From positions 1 through 15,811 of the forward strand of contig JBIKLL010000065.1 of the NCBI GenBank assembly GCA_044359815.1: DNA of 15,811 nt, given 5' to 3'. The position numbers were made by a program, and so were the translations under genes. The notes below the pieces were generated by a model, which searched no databases, was not told the DNA's origin, and saw only the letters and a list, made by a program, of their open reading frames with translations. The first letter of the stretch is position 1. Each line of letters begins with the position of its first letter. Below are positions 7,670-15,704 of this stretch, piece after piece. This DNA comes from Pseudobdellovibrionaceae bacterium. Its GTDB lineage: Bacteria > Bdellovibrionota > Bdellovibrionia > Bdellovibrionales > Bdellovibrionaceae.

Positions 7670-8632
7670 ATGCGATCTTATTTGTTTAATCAGGTTTCAA
7701 AATTCAAATTAGTTTTAAGTGGTCTGTGGATCGTTTTGGCCGTGGCTAATGTTCAGGCCCAGCAAATCAATGCCGAGTCTTTGCAGATTAATCCAGCACC
7801 GGTTCAAAGCAACCCATCATCCGACAGCGTGACGGTAAATCCCCAGGCTTTGCCCGAAGCCCCTGCCTATGCTGCAGATGCAGTGTTAAACCCTGTTTCT
7901 GACCAAAATATGTTGGATGAGTTAAATCCTGAGGCCGCAGACATCGAAGCGCAATTAGATCAATTGGAAAAGGACTATGAGGCTCAGACGGGGATGCCCG
8001 CCAGGATGGAACCAAACTCCGAGGATTTTTCACAGTTCAAGTTACCCTTTAAGTATGCGCAAGAACAAAATGAAGCCTATGATCCCAGCAAAGACCCCGA
8101 TACAACCTTGGATCAAGATTTAAATTACCTGCAATTGAACGGTGGGGACATAACCGGCGAACAAGTTTTAACCGATGAGGACATTGCGACTGTGACAGGA
8201 CCTTTCAATGGCACCGCTGGATTTAATTCTAACTGCTACAGACGGGATTGTCCGTTGTTTGTTTATGTTTCAAAGTCCAGACAGAAAATGTATTTGTTTG
8301 TCGAGGGCGTTTTGCAAAACGTATGGAAGGTTTCTACCGGTTTGCCGGGATCAGAAACTCCTAATTTTGACTTACATCCTAATGGCAGAATTTTGGATAG
8401 GTACACATCAACAAAATTTCCTGGCGGGGATTATAATGGTTACGGAAATATGCCCTTTGTGGTGTTTTTGTACCAAGGCTATGCGATTCATGGCACGGCT
8501 AAAAGTAATTGGTCAAAATTAGGCAGAAAAGCATCCCACGGTTGTATCCGTGTGCACCCGATGAACGCCAAATATTTTAACCGTCTAGTGCGTCAGTACG
8601 GTATTGAAGACGTCTGGGTTACAGTACAGTAA
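7670..8632 (+). CDS. L,D-transpeptidase (YkuD family), secreted
   Basis: AIHGT...LGRKASHGCIRV catalytic motif and VSTG...TP motif. Likely start is ATG 7670, after a G-rich RBS, giving a signal peptide ending VQA-Q; an acidic low-complexity linker follows. Confidence 0.9.
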   Translation: MRSYLFNQVSKFKLVLSGLWIVLAVANVQAQQINAESLQINPAPVQSNPSSDSVTVNPQALPEAPAYAADAVLNPVSDQNMLDELNPEAADIEAQLDQLEKDYEAQTGMPARMEPNSEDFSQFKLPFKYAQEQNEAYDPSKDPDTTLDQDLNYLQLNGGDITGEQVLTDEDIATVTGPFNGTAGFNSNCYRRDCPLFVYVSKSRQKMYLFVEGVLQNVWKVSTGLPGSETPNFDLHPNGRILDRYTSTKFPGGDYNGYGNMPFVVFLYQGYAIHGTAKSNWSKLGRKASHGCIRVHPMNAKYFNRLVRQYGIEDVWVTVQ

Positions 8633-8685
8633 TTTTCATTTGAAATTAAAATCCCCATAGGTACACTTTTTAATAGGGCCTAGCG

Positions 8686-9435
8686 TTGCTTTGGCAAAAG
8701 GCTAAGCCTGTGAATATTTTCGTAATTAAAAAGGATTTTGATTTGGAAAAAGTCCCCTTTGAAAAAGTCAGGTCTCTGGTTGAGAGGCGCAAAATTTTAG
8801 AATCCTTGATTAAGGCCAAGACCCAAGTGATTTGCAAAGGCGCTGACGACAGTTTGTTTTATTTTAATCCCACCAGCATTATCGGAGATTCGGCTTTAAT
8901 AGGCTCATCCAAGGCCATCACGGGGCTGCCCACCAAAAACGTTGAGGTCATCGGAAATTTTACGGTAGAGCCTGATCGGTATTTTTTCAGATGCCCGGTC
9001 AAAATCCAGGGCGATTTACTGCAGTTTCCGTTAAATATGGTGATCTTTAGACTGCAGCGTAGGGCTTCGCTGCGGGTGAAGGTTCCCCATAATTTTCCGT
9101 TGGCGATTAATATTTATCAAATCAACGGTAACAGCAAAGTCGTAACCACCAAGGTCATCGACCTATCAGCTGGCGGTGTGCGGTTTAAAATCACTGATCC
9201 CAAGGACTTAAAGCTAAATCTTGAAGACAAGCTTTCGATAGCGGTGCATCCGTCATCGGGGCGGGCGCTAGAGCTGGGTGCTGTTGTAAGGCATGCTCTG
9301 CAAATGCAGGTGGGGATCAACAAGGAAATTCATTACGGCTGTGAATTTGTGACCTCATCCACAGTCACCAAAAACCGACTGCTGGCCCTGTCGCTGGAGC
9401 TTCAACAAAAAATCATCAAGGGCCTCGAACGCTAG
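8686..9435 (+). CDS. PilZ-domain c-di-GMP-binding protein (YcgR/flagellar-brake-like architecture)
   Basis: QRRASLRV (RxxxR) and DLSAGG (D/NxSxxG) motifs after an N-terminal beta-rich domain. Start could be GTG 8710. Confidence 0.88.
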   Translation: MLWQKAKPVNIFVIKKDFDLEKVPFEKVRSLVERRKILESLIKAKTQVICKGADDSLFYFNPTSIIGDSALIGSSKAITGLPTKNVEVIGNFTVEPDRYFFRCPVKIQGDLLQFPLNMVIFRLQRRASLRVKVPHNFPLAINIYQINGNSKVVTTKVIDLSAGGVRFKITDPKDLKLNLEDKLSIAVHPSSGRALELGAVVRHALQMQVGINKEIHYGCEFVTSSTVTKNRLLALSLELQQKIIKGLER

Positions 9436-9684
9436 ATTTAAACAAAAATTCCCAAAGATTTTTCACAGGTATTTTCAAAAATAAATATCCGATTTTTACT
9501 CTTTAATGGCTTTCGCTAACGGCCGCATTTCGTCTCGCGGAGTGCTTCACCTAATGGTGCCGCACCCCTGCGATACGCAAAGCGCGCTCGCTGCATAAGC
9601 CATTAAAAAATAAAAACTCGGATATTTATTTTTGAAAATACCTGTGAAAAATCTTTGGGAATTTTTGTTTAAAACTAGTATTCG
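9426..9684. repeat. Long inverted repeat / fold-back element 2 (~259 bp)
   Basis: 56-bp perfect arms at 9437-9492 / 9618-9673, extending imperfectly inward to 9512/9597 and outward to 9426/9684. The GC-rich bulged inner stem is closed by CACC-taat-GGTG. Confidence 0.97.
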
Positions 9685-10205
9685 TCGGTCCTGTGGCGAG
9701 TTTTGTCTTCCCAATACATTTGCAGAGGCCAATTGTAGGTCAGAAAATCAAACTTAAGCATTTCGGAATAAGCTTGTTCGACCCCCCAGTTTTGTTTGAA
9801 GACTCTGTAAAATCCCACCAGCAATCCTGTTCTGTCGCGACCGTGGTAGCAGTGGATTAATACCGGATAATTTTTTTTGTCAGTCAGTTCTTTGTAGATT
9901 TTTGAAATGTCTTTATCAGTTGGGTACAAATATCCAACGATGGGTAGTGAAATGACTTTGATGCCGTGTTTTGCGGCTTCTGCAATTTCGGCTTCAACGG
10001 CGACCATGTCGGTTTGCATATTGATGATGGTCTTGATCCCGTATTTTTTAGCAAAGCCTTCGTATTCCCACAGAGCGGGCTCGCCACTGCGATAGATTTT
10101 GCCTTTGACGACTTCTGAAAAATTTATGGCTGGTAAATTGTCTGCCTGATCTGCGAAAATTCTTACTGAAAAAATCAGAAATGCAAAAAACAAAATGGAT
10201 TTCAT
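9675..10205 (-). CDS. Secreted tyrosine/dual-specificity (Siw14-like) cysteine phosphatase
   Basis: HCYHGRDRTG is a CX5R P-loop, with upstream IYRSGEP and GIKTIINM motifs. ATG 10205 follows an AAGGGG RBS and gives the signal peptide MKSILFFAFLIFSVRIFA. Confidence 0.88.
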   Translation of the reverse strand: MKSILFFAFLIFSVRIFADQADNLPAINFSEVVKGKIYRSGEPALWEYEGFAKKYGIKTIINMQTDMVAVEAEIAEAAKHGIKVISLPIVGYLYPTDKDISKIYKELTDKKNYPVLIHCYHGRDRTGLLVGFYRVFKQNWGVEQAYSEMLKFDFLTYNWPLQMYWEDKTRHRTDEY

Positions 10206-10376
10206 GGTGGTCCCCTTATTTTTTTGTAACAATTAAAACCTTTGTTCCTAGGACTATTCGGACAAAGGCTTGCCAGAATGAACTGGACGATGGGGCAGTC
10301 GGGATTTTACAGCCCAAGGTGCTAATGGGGGCTAGGATATATTATGCTTGAGTGAATTGATTAATCCGGAGACCGA

Positions 10377-10700
10377 TTGAGATATCTGTTAAATATAGCC
10401 CTGATGTTAGCTGTGTTTTTTGGGTCGATTTTTTTTATTAATAAATTGGTTATTCCAAAACAAAAATCTTCGCCTGTAGTCTGTTCGGCCTTTAAAGTCG
10501 GTGAGCGCATCGAACTTGAGGCGACAGTTAAAAAAATCAAAGCCATGGACGTCAGAGTGGGCGTGGCAAAAGCTGAAGGCGACGGAAGCGATATTTCAGT
10601 TTTAACAGTTTATGCAGGTTCTGAATCCCAGATCGATTGCGAAATCACTATCGAAAATGGCTGGATCAAAAAACTCCAGCAACCTGAAAAAACTCAATAG
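10377..10700 (+). CDS. Hypothetical membrane-anchored protein
   Basis: 107 aa with an N-terminal TM helix; GGAG upstream of the TTG start; two Cys in the soluble part. Confidence 0.7.
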   Translation: MRYLLNIALMLAVFFGSIFFINKLVIPKQKSSPVVCSAFKVGERIELEATVKKIKAMDVRVGVAKAEGDGSDISVLTVYAGSESQIDCEITIENGWIKKLQQPEKTQ

Positions 10701-10729
10701 TATTTTTTAATTACAAATAAGATTTAGCA

Positions 10730-11224
10730 TTAATTTTCTACTGTGCCGCCACCATCAGATCCAGCGCCGGCTCCGGCTCCGGCTCCTGCGCCGGCACCTG
10801 CTCCTCCACCTGATTGAGTATGAGTAAAGCTAAAAGTATCAAGAGTAGCCCCAGATGAAGAAGAGTTTTTTATCGAAACAGATCCCGTCGTGTTACAAAC
10901 GGAAGCTTGAAATCGCAAAGTTGCACCATTGGTAACTGTGACAGGTCCGCTTGTAGTTATCGCAGTCCAAGCTCCACCATTATATGAATAATCTAATGAA
11001 GCAAAAGATCCAGGTGCAGCTACGTACAAAACTCCGTTACCATTAATTGTCACATTAGCATTACTGATAGTTCCGCAAGCATTGGAGTCTGTGAGTGAGC
11101 CATTGGCCCAATCCATAGATCCCCAGGCGCGCTTCCAGTATGCATATGGGATTATTTGCGCCGAAGCAAATAATGAAAACAGCAGTCCCAAGGCAACAAT
11201 GTAATATCTGATTCTGATTTTCAT
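10730..11224 (-). CDS. Secreted beta-rich protein, paralog 2 (PYAYWK...WGSMDW), with Gly-Ala tail
   Basis: Signal peptide ending ASA-Q; GGAGAG RBS; aligns by eye with 11293-11769. Confidence 0.8.
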   Translation of the reverse strand: MKIRIRYYIVALGLLFSLFASAQIIPYAYWKRAWGSMDWANGSLTDSNACGTISNANVTINGNGVLYVAAPGSFASLDYSYNGGAWTAITTSGPVTVTNGATLRFQASVCNTTGSVSIKNSSSSGATLDTFSFTHTQSGGGAGAGAGAGAGAGAGSDGGGTVEN

Positions 11225-11292
11225 AAACTCTCCATAAAAGCGCTAAATAATAAATCCTACGTTATCAAACAATCTTCCGCAAAAGGTTTTAA

Positions 11293-11769
11293 TCAGCAGC
11301 TGCCACCAGTACAGGTGTAAAAGAAGGTCGAGGTATCAATTGTGGATCCGCTAGAATTTGTATCTTTAATAGTAAAACTGTCTGTTTCAAAATCACATAA
11401 CGTTCCCCTAAGCCTTAAGGTGGAACCATTGGTCACTGATACGCCAACCCCAGAGCCAGGAGTGATCCCTGTCCAAGCTCCACCATTGTTTGTAGAATAG
11501 GAAGCGACGAGGAAAATACTGCCGACAGAAATCCACAAAGTTCCGCTCCCTGAAACGGTGATATTGTCTGTGATCATTGTATTGGGCAGGCTGCATGATG
11601 AGGTGCCAGTTTCATTGACATCATTCCAGTCCATAGGTCCCCAACCTCCGCCTGAAGATTGTTTTTTCCAGAATGCAAAAGGAGTCATAAAGCCGATGCT
11701 GTTAATTGGAACTAAAGCAACAGTCAAAAAAAGCATCATAGAGATTTTCACAATGCTTTTTCTGCTCAT
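11293..11769 (-). CDS. Secreted beta-rich protein, paralog 1 (PFAFWK...WGPMDW)
   Basis: Signal peptide; starts 3 nt after the fibre gene's stop. Shares YS.N.GGAWT.IT, VTNG.TLR and SSSG.T.DT motifs with 10730-11224. Confidence 0.8.
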   Translation of the reverse strand: MSRKSIVKISMMLFLTVALVPINSIGFMTPFAFWKKQSSGGGWGPMDWNDVNETGTSSCSLPNTMITDNITVSGSGTLWISVGSIFLVASYSTNNGGAWTGITPGSGVGVSVTNGSTLRLRGTLCDFETDSFTIKDTNSSGSTIDTSTFFYTCTGGSC

Positions 11770-11772
11770 GGT

Positions 11773-14700
11773 TTAGAATCCTGTCATGACTGAACCGTAC
11801 ACTGTGCCATTGGCGCCAATGCCTGCCAGGTAAATAAAGGTCACAATATTTGTGGTTCCAGCAGAGGTAAACGTTGTTGCAGCGCTGCCCAAGTTTACGG
11901 TGTGGGCTGTTCCGCTACAAGATGTCGAGTTCACATAGGTCGGGTAAGCAACAACTGTGATTGTCTGCGCAGCTGTTAATCCAGTCAGAGCCAATGTGTA
12001 GCTACCGCCGTCTTTCATTCCGCAAACAGTGATTGTCGTAGTTGCAGTCGACGAATAAGCCACGTTACCTGCACCAAAATTAACAAAGCTTGCTGTTGAA
12101 GCGCTCGTCGAATCAGAAACTATAGCACCACCACTGACATGCAATTTAGAAGTGGGGCTTGAAGTTCCGATACCCACGTTACCGCTGGGTACCAAGACTG
12201 CGTAGTTGTTTGTTCCACCGCTAGCGCTAAAGCTTGCAGCTACGTTTGTTGAAGTTCCTCCCGATGACGCTGTCACTGTAGAACTGATACCAGTTCTAGT
12301 GATCCCTGATGTGCCATTTACTCCGCTGATAGCCACATTGATTCCAGTATTGCCAGCAGCAGCCGCTGTAGAGCTAGAAGAAATATTTAAAATATTACCA
12401 CTTGTTAAACCATTACCTGATAATTGCAACACATCAGCTGAAGTCACACTGTTTGCAGTGATCTGTGCAGCATCAGTTGTGGTACCAGTGTAAGTTTGAA
12501 CAAAAGTTCCTGCGCCTGAAGCCATTGACAAGTTTCTGCCTGCCGCGATGGTCACGTCACCATTCAAACTAACAGCGCCTGTGCCTGTACCAAATGTCGT
12601 TGCCCCAGTTTGCGAGATATTTCCAGTGGCAGTGTAAGTTCCCGAAGATGACAGGGTCGTAAATGCTCCTGCGTTTGCAGTTGATGCACCGATGGAACCA
12701 GGTGAAGCCCAATCGACTGCCAAAGTCACATTGCCTGAAGTTCCACCACCAGTTAAGCCAGAACCTGCGGCTACAGTAGTAATGTCTCCAGCTGCTCCCG
12801 CCGCCCATGACAAATCAGCTCCAGCTCCGCCAGATGTCAAAACATGTCCCGAAGTTCCCGGCGTCAATGGAACCCATCCTGTATTGTCGCGAATTAATAA
12901 ACTGCCTCGTGTGTTACCAACAGCATTGTCTAATAATACTGAAACGGTCGTTGCAACAGGGGCAGCGCTTGAACCCGAAGTGTTTGCCATAACTCTGTCA
13001 TCAGCAATATCAGCCAAACCAATTGTTCCGCTGCCGCTGGAAAAAGTTCCTGTTAAACCAGTACCTGCAGTCACGCCAGTGATGTCGCCACCGCTGTCAG
13101 CGTCAGTTCCACAAGCCCATGAACCAGAGATTGAATTGTATTTTAAAACTTGTCCCGTCGTTGTGCACAGGGTGCTGGTCACAGCATTGCCCGCAGAATT
13201 CATTGTCAAGATTCCGTAACCAGACAGAGTTCCAGCGCCAGTACCACCTTGTGCAACAGCTAATGTGCCAGAAGTGATTTTAGCCGCAGAAAGATTTGGG
13301 ATATCAGCAGCAGCCAATGACCTGAAAGTCGGTGCTGCACTGGATCCATCAACTGGCGATGCAAACACTACGTTGCCAGTCTGATTGGCCAAGCTCACTG
13401 CCAAAGTTCCACTGGCAGTCACAGGTCCACCACTGACAGACAAGAAAGTAGGTACTGTCATTGCCACGCTGGTCACTGAACCGCCAGAATTATTATCTGC
13501 ATCCCAAATAGGGTTGGCACCTGCGCCTTGGGTTTTCAAAAATTGTCCAGAGGTACCTGGGGCTAAAGCCGTCCAAGTAGTTCCGTTTCTGTACATCATA
13601 GTTCCTTGAGCGTTACTGACAACTCCATCCAACAAAGCCGTAATGGTTGTTGCAGATGGTGCAGCACTGCTGCCTGAAACGTTTGCCATAATTCTGTCAT
13701 CATCAATGTTAGCCAAGCTAATGGTTGGATCGCCTGATGACGCAGTTCCGGTCAAACCAGTTCCTGCAGTAACTCCAGTGATGTCGCCACCGCTGTCAGC
13801 GTCAGTTCCACAAGCCCATGCGCCAGTGATTGAATTGTATTTTAAAACTTCACCAGTGGTTGTGCACAGGGTGCTGGTCACAGCATTACCCGCAGCATTC
13901 ATGGTCAAGATTCCGTAACCAGACAAGGTTCCAACGCCAGTACCACCCTGAGCAACAGCTAATGTGCCAGAAGTGATTTTAGCAGCAGAAAGATTTGGGA
14001 TATCAGCAGCAGCTAATGATCTGAATGTCGGTGCTGCGCCAGAGCCGTCAGCAGGTGATGCAAAAACCACGTTGCCAGTTTGTGAAGCCAAGCTCACAGC
14101 AAAAGTTCCGCTGCTATTAATAGGTCCACCACTGACAGATAAAAATGAAGGCACAGTTAAATCAACACTGGTCACCGAGCCGCCAGAATTATTATCTGCA
14201 TCCCAAATAGGGTTGGCGCCAGCGCCTTGAGTTTTCAAAAATTGTCCAGAGGTACCTGGAGCCAAAGCCGTCCAAGTAGTTCCGTTTCTGTACATCATAG
14301 TTCCTTGAGCGTTGCCGACAACTCCGTCTAACAATGCAGTGATTGTTGTTTCAGAAGGTGCAGCCGCGCCACCAGATACGTTAGCCATAATTCTGTCATC
14401 AGCGATATTGGCTAAACCAATAGTCGCATTGCCTGAGGCTGCAGTTCCAGTTAAGCCGGTTCCTGCAGTCACATCAGTGATGTCACCAGTACCAACACCA
14501 GATGCCGCAATCGCTGCAGTGACGTAAGCTACGTTTGCAGCCGCATCTGGTTCTGATACTAGAGGGGTCGTAACGTTTCTGATTTTTTTAGTCTGAGCAT
14601 CCATAAAATCTGATGTTTCGTCTAATAAACCAATCAAATAATCGGCCTGTCCAGTGGTCATCACTCGGTAGGTAGCAGAACTGGCGCTTCCGACTTTTAA

Positions 14701-15288
14701 CAGATCATTAGAAGTATATCCGCCGATTTCTTTGGCCTGCATTGCAAATGGAGCAGATCTGATTGCCATGGATCCCAGGTTCAGGGATGTGCCGTTTGTT
14801 AATGTTACCGAGACTTCGATTTCTCGATCATTGCTGGCAGAATTTGGCAAATAAGTAGTAGCGCCGCTAACACAAGAAACAGCAGGAATTGCATAAGCCG
14901 TGGAAGCTGGAGCCGTTAAATCCACTGGGGGATTGATAAAAACTTTTTCAAGCGTGGTCACACCGGTTCCAAAGGTAGGGCTTGTGCCTTCGCCTATTGA
15001 AATCGAAAATGTTCCATTGGTTGTAGACAGATTTAGGGTCTGAGTTTCGCTGTAAAGGGTGCACTTTTCAGATAAAGCGGTACCGTCGCCTTTGAGCGTG
15101 GATTTACCAATGATTTTAATCTGAAAGCTGGCTGAGGTATCTGTCACAGGTGTGTTTGATGAGTCAGCTATTCGGCCGTGATACATGATCCCGGCATTGC
15201 TTCCAGCATAACTGGTTGCGGACATCAAGGTTATGGCCGTAATTGTCTGAGCAAAGTTCTGGATACGTGCAACGTAGTTTGTAGTCAT
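11773..15288 (-). CDS. Phage tail-fibre-like trimeric adhesin (Bdellovibrio mosaic adhesive trimer-like)
   Basis: GAGG RBS (15296-15299) and signal peptide. N-terminal YHGRI...P...C.LYSETQ...NGTFSISIG domain; G/T/S/A-rich fibre repeats (GDIT.V.AG.GL.G, KITSGTL.VAQGGTG); GNVGIGTSSPTSKLHVSGG motif; no recognisable S74 chaperone at the C-terminus. Confidence 0.82.
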   Translation of the reverse strand: MTTNYVARIQNFAQTITAITLMSATSYAGSNAGIMYHGRIADSSNTPVTDTSASFQIKIIGKSTLKGDGTALSEKCTLYSETQTLNLSTTNGTFSISIGEGTSPTFGTGVTTLEKVFINPPVDLTAPASTAYAIPAVSCVSGATTYLPNSASNDREIEVSVTLTNGTSLNLGSMAIRSAPFAMQAKEIGGYTSNDLLKVGSASSATYRVMTTGQADYLIGLLDETSDFMDAQTKKIRNVTTPLVSEPDAAANVAYVTAAIAASGVGTGDITDVTAGTGLTGTAASGNATIGLANIADDRIMANVSGGAAAPSETTITALLDGVVGNAQGTMMYRNGTTWTALAPGTSGQFLKTQGAGANPIWDADNNSGGSVTSVDLTVPSFLSVSGGPINSSGTFAVSLASQTGNVVFASPADGSGAAPTFRSLAAADIPNLSAAKITSGTLAVAQGGTGVGTLSGYGILTMNAAGNAVTSTLCTTTGEVLKYNSITGAWACGTDADSGGDITGVTAGTGLTGTASSGDPTISLANIDDDRIMANVSGSSAAPSATTITALLDGVVSNAQGTMMYRNGTTWTALAPGTSGQFLKTQGAGANPIWDADNNSGGSVTSVAMTVPTFLSVSGGPVTASGTLAVSLANQTGNVVFASPVDGSSAAPTFRSLAAADIPNLSAAKITSGTLAVAQGGTGAGTLSGYGILTMNSAGNAVTSTLCTTTGQVLKYNSISGSWACGTDADSGGDITGVTAGTGLTGTFSSGSGTIGLADIADDRVMANTSGSSAAPVATTVSVLLDNAVGNTRGSLLIRDNTGWVPLTPGTSGHVLTSGGAGADLSWAAGAAGDITTVAAGSGLTGGGTSGNVTLAVDWASPGSIGASTANAGAFTTLSSSGTYTATGNISQTGATTFGTGTGAVSLNGDVTIAAGRNLSMASGAGTFVQTYTGTTTDAAQITANSVTSADVLQLSGNGLTSGNILNISSSSTAAAAGNTGINVAISGVNGTSGITRTGISSTVTASSGGTSTNVAASFSASGGTNNYAVLVPSGNVGIGTSSPTSKLHVSGGAIVSDSTSASTASFVNFGAGNVAYSSTATTTITVCGMKDGGSYTLALTGLTAAQTITVVAYPTYVNSTSCSGTAHTVNLGSAATTFTSAGTTNIVTFIYLAGIGANGTVYGSVMTGF
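12780..14487 (-). repeat. Intragenic tandem repeat with a 699-bp (233-aa) unit; two full copies plus a diverged partial copy
   Basis: The GDIT-encoding anchor GATGTC occurs at 13081, 13780 and 14479, exactly 699 bp apart; long identical nucleotide tracts are shared between copies. Confidence 0.92.
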
Positions 15289-15335
15289 TTATATTCCTCG
15301 CTATGACTAGCTCATCGGCTAGGTTCGTCAAAAAA

Positions 15336-15471
15336 TTGAGAGTTTCCGGCAAAGTATCGATTTGTAACAGTCTGATTTTGTGAGTTTCCAGAAAAGTATC
15401 ATTTTGCAACAGTCTGATTTTGAGATTTTCCAGAAAAGTATCATTTTGCAACAGTCTGATTTTGAGATTTT
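15336..15471. repeat. 42-bp tandem repeat, ~3.2 copies, upstream of the adhesin gene
   Basis: AAAGTATC at 15351, 15393 and 15435. Unit is approximately TTGAGATTTTCCAGAAAAGTATCATTTTGCAACAGTCTGATT, with no spacers. Confidence 0.93.
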
Positions 15472-15578
15472 TGGGGTGATTTTTTATTTTTGTTCTTGAA
15501 GTTGTTTGAACATTTCAAAATATAACATTTTTTTGTTTTTTATAAATTATGTGTGAATCATTTTGAGACAGCGGTTGA

Positions 15579-15604
15579 GGGGGTGGGTGGGTGCAACGGG
15601 TGGG
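15579..15604 (+). other. Potential G-quadruplex-forming motif
   Basis: GGGGG-T-GGG-T-GGG-TGCAAC-GGG-T-GGG: five G-tracts with short loops. Confidence 0.6.
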
Positions 15605-15678
15605 AGCGAAGATGGGATTTTGTACTCTTTCAGCTGAATGGATTTTCTTTGGTTAGTGGTGGTGGGGGGCGATTATAT

Positions 15679-15703
15679 ACTTTCCCCGGGGAAAGTGACT
15701 TTC
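15679..15703. repeat. 18-bp perfect palindrome ACTTTCCCCGGGGAAAGT with an overlapping GAAAGT-g-ACTTTC inverted repeat
   Basis: Read directly at 15679-15696 and 15691-15703. Confidence 0.85.
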
Positions 15704-15704
15704 A

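Noticed and set aside
9513..9600. Integron attC site in the hairpin 2 core (GCTAAC at 9515-9520)
   Set aside because: No complementary GTTRRRY box at the matching position, the flanking genes are convergent, and there is no integrase.
9547..9732. 61-aa ORF across hairpin 2
   Set aside because: Lies in the inverted repeat and overlaps the phosphatase end; no protein-like features.
12780..14487. DGR template/variable repeat pair
   Set aside because: Copies are in-frame tandem units, differences are not adenine-specific, and there is no reverse transcriptase.
12206..14527. Several plus-strand ORFs antisense to the adhesin
   Set aside because: Shadow frames caused by the Gly/Thr/Ala/Ser codon bias.
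15164..15451. 95-aa ORF with repeated LQNDTFLE
   Set aside because: By-product of the 42-bp repeat (a multiple of 3); it overlaps the adhesin start in another frame.
15336..15471. 42-bp repeats as a CRISPR array
   Set aside because: Units are contiguous with no unique spacers, and there are no cas genes in the window.
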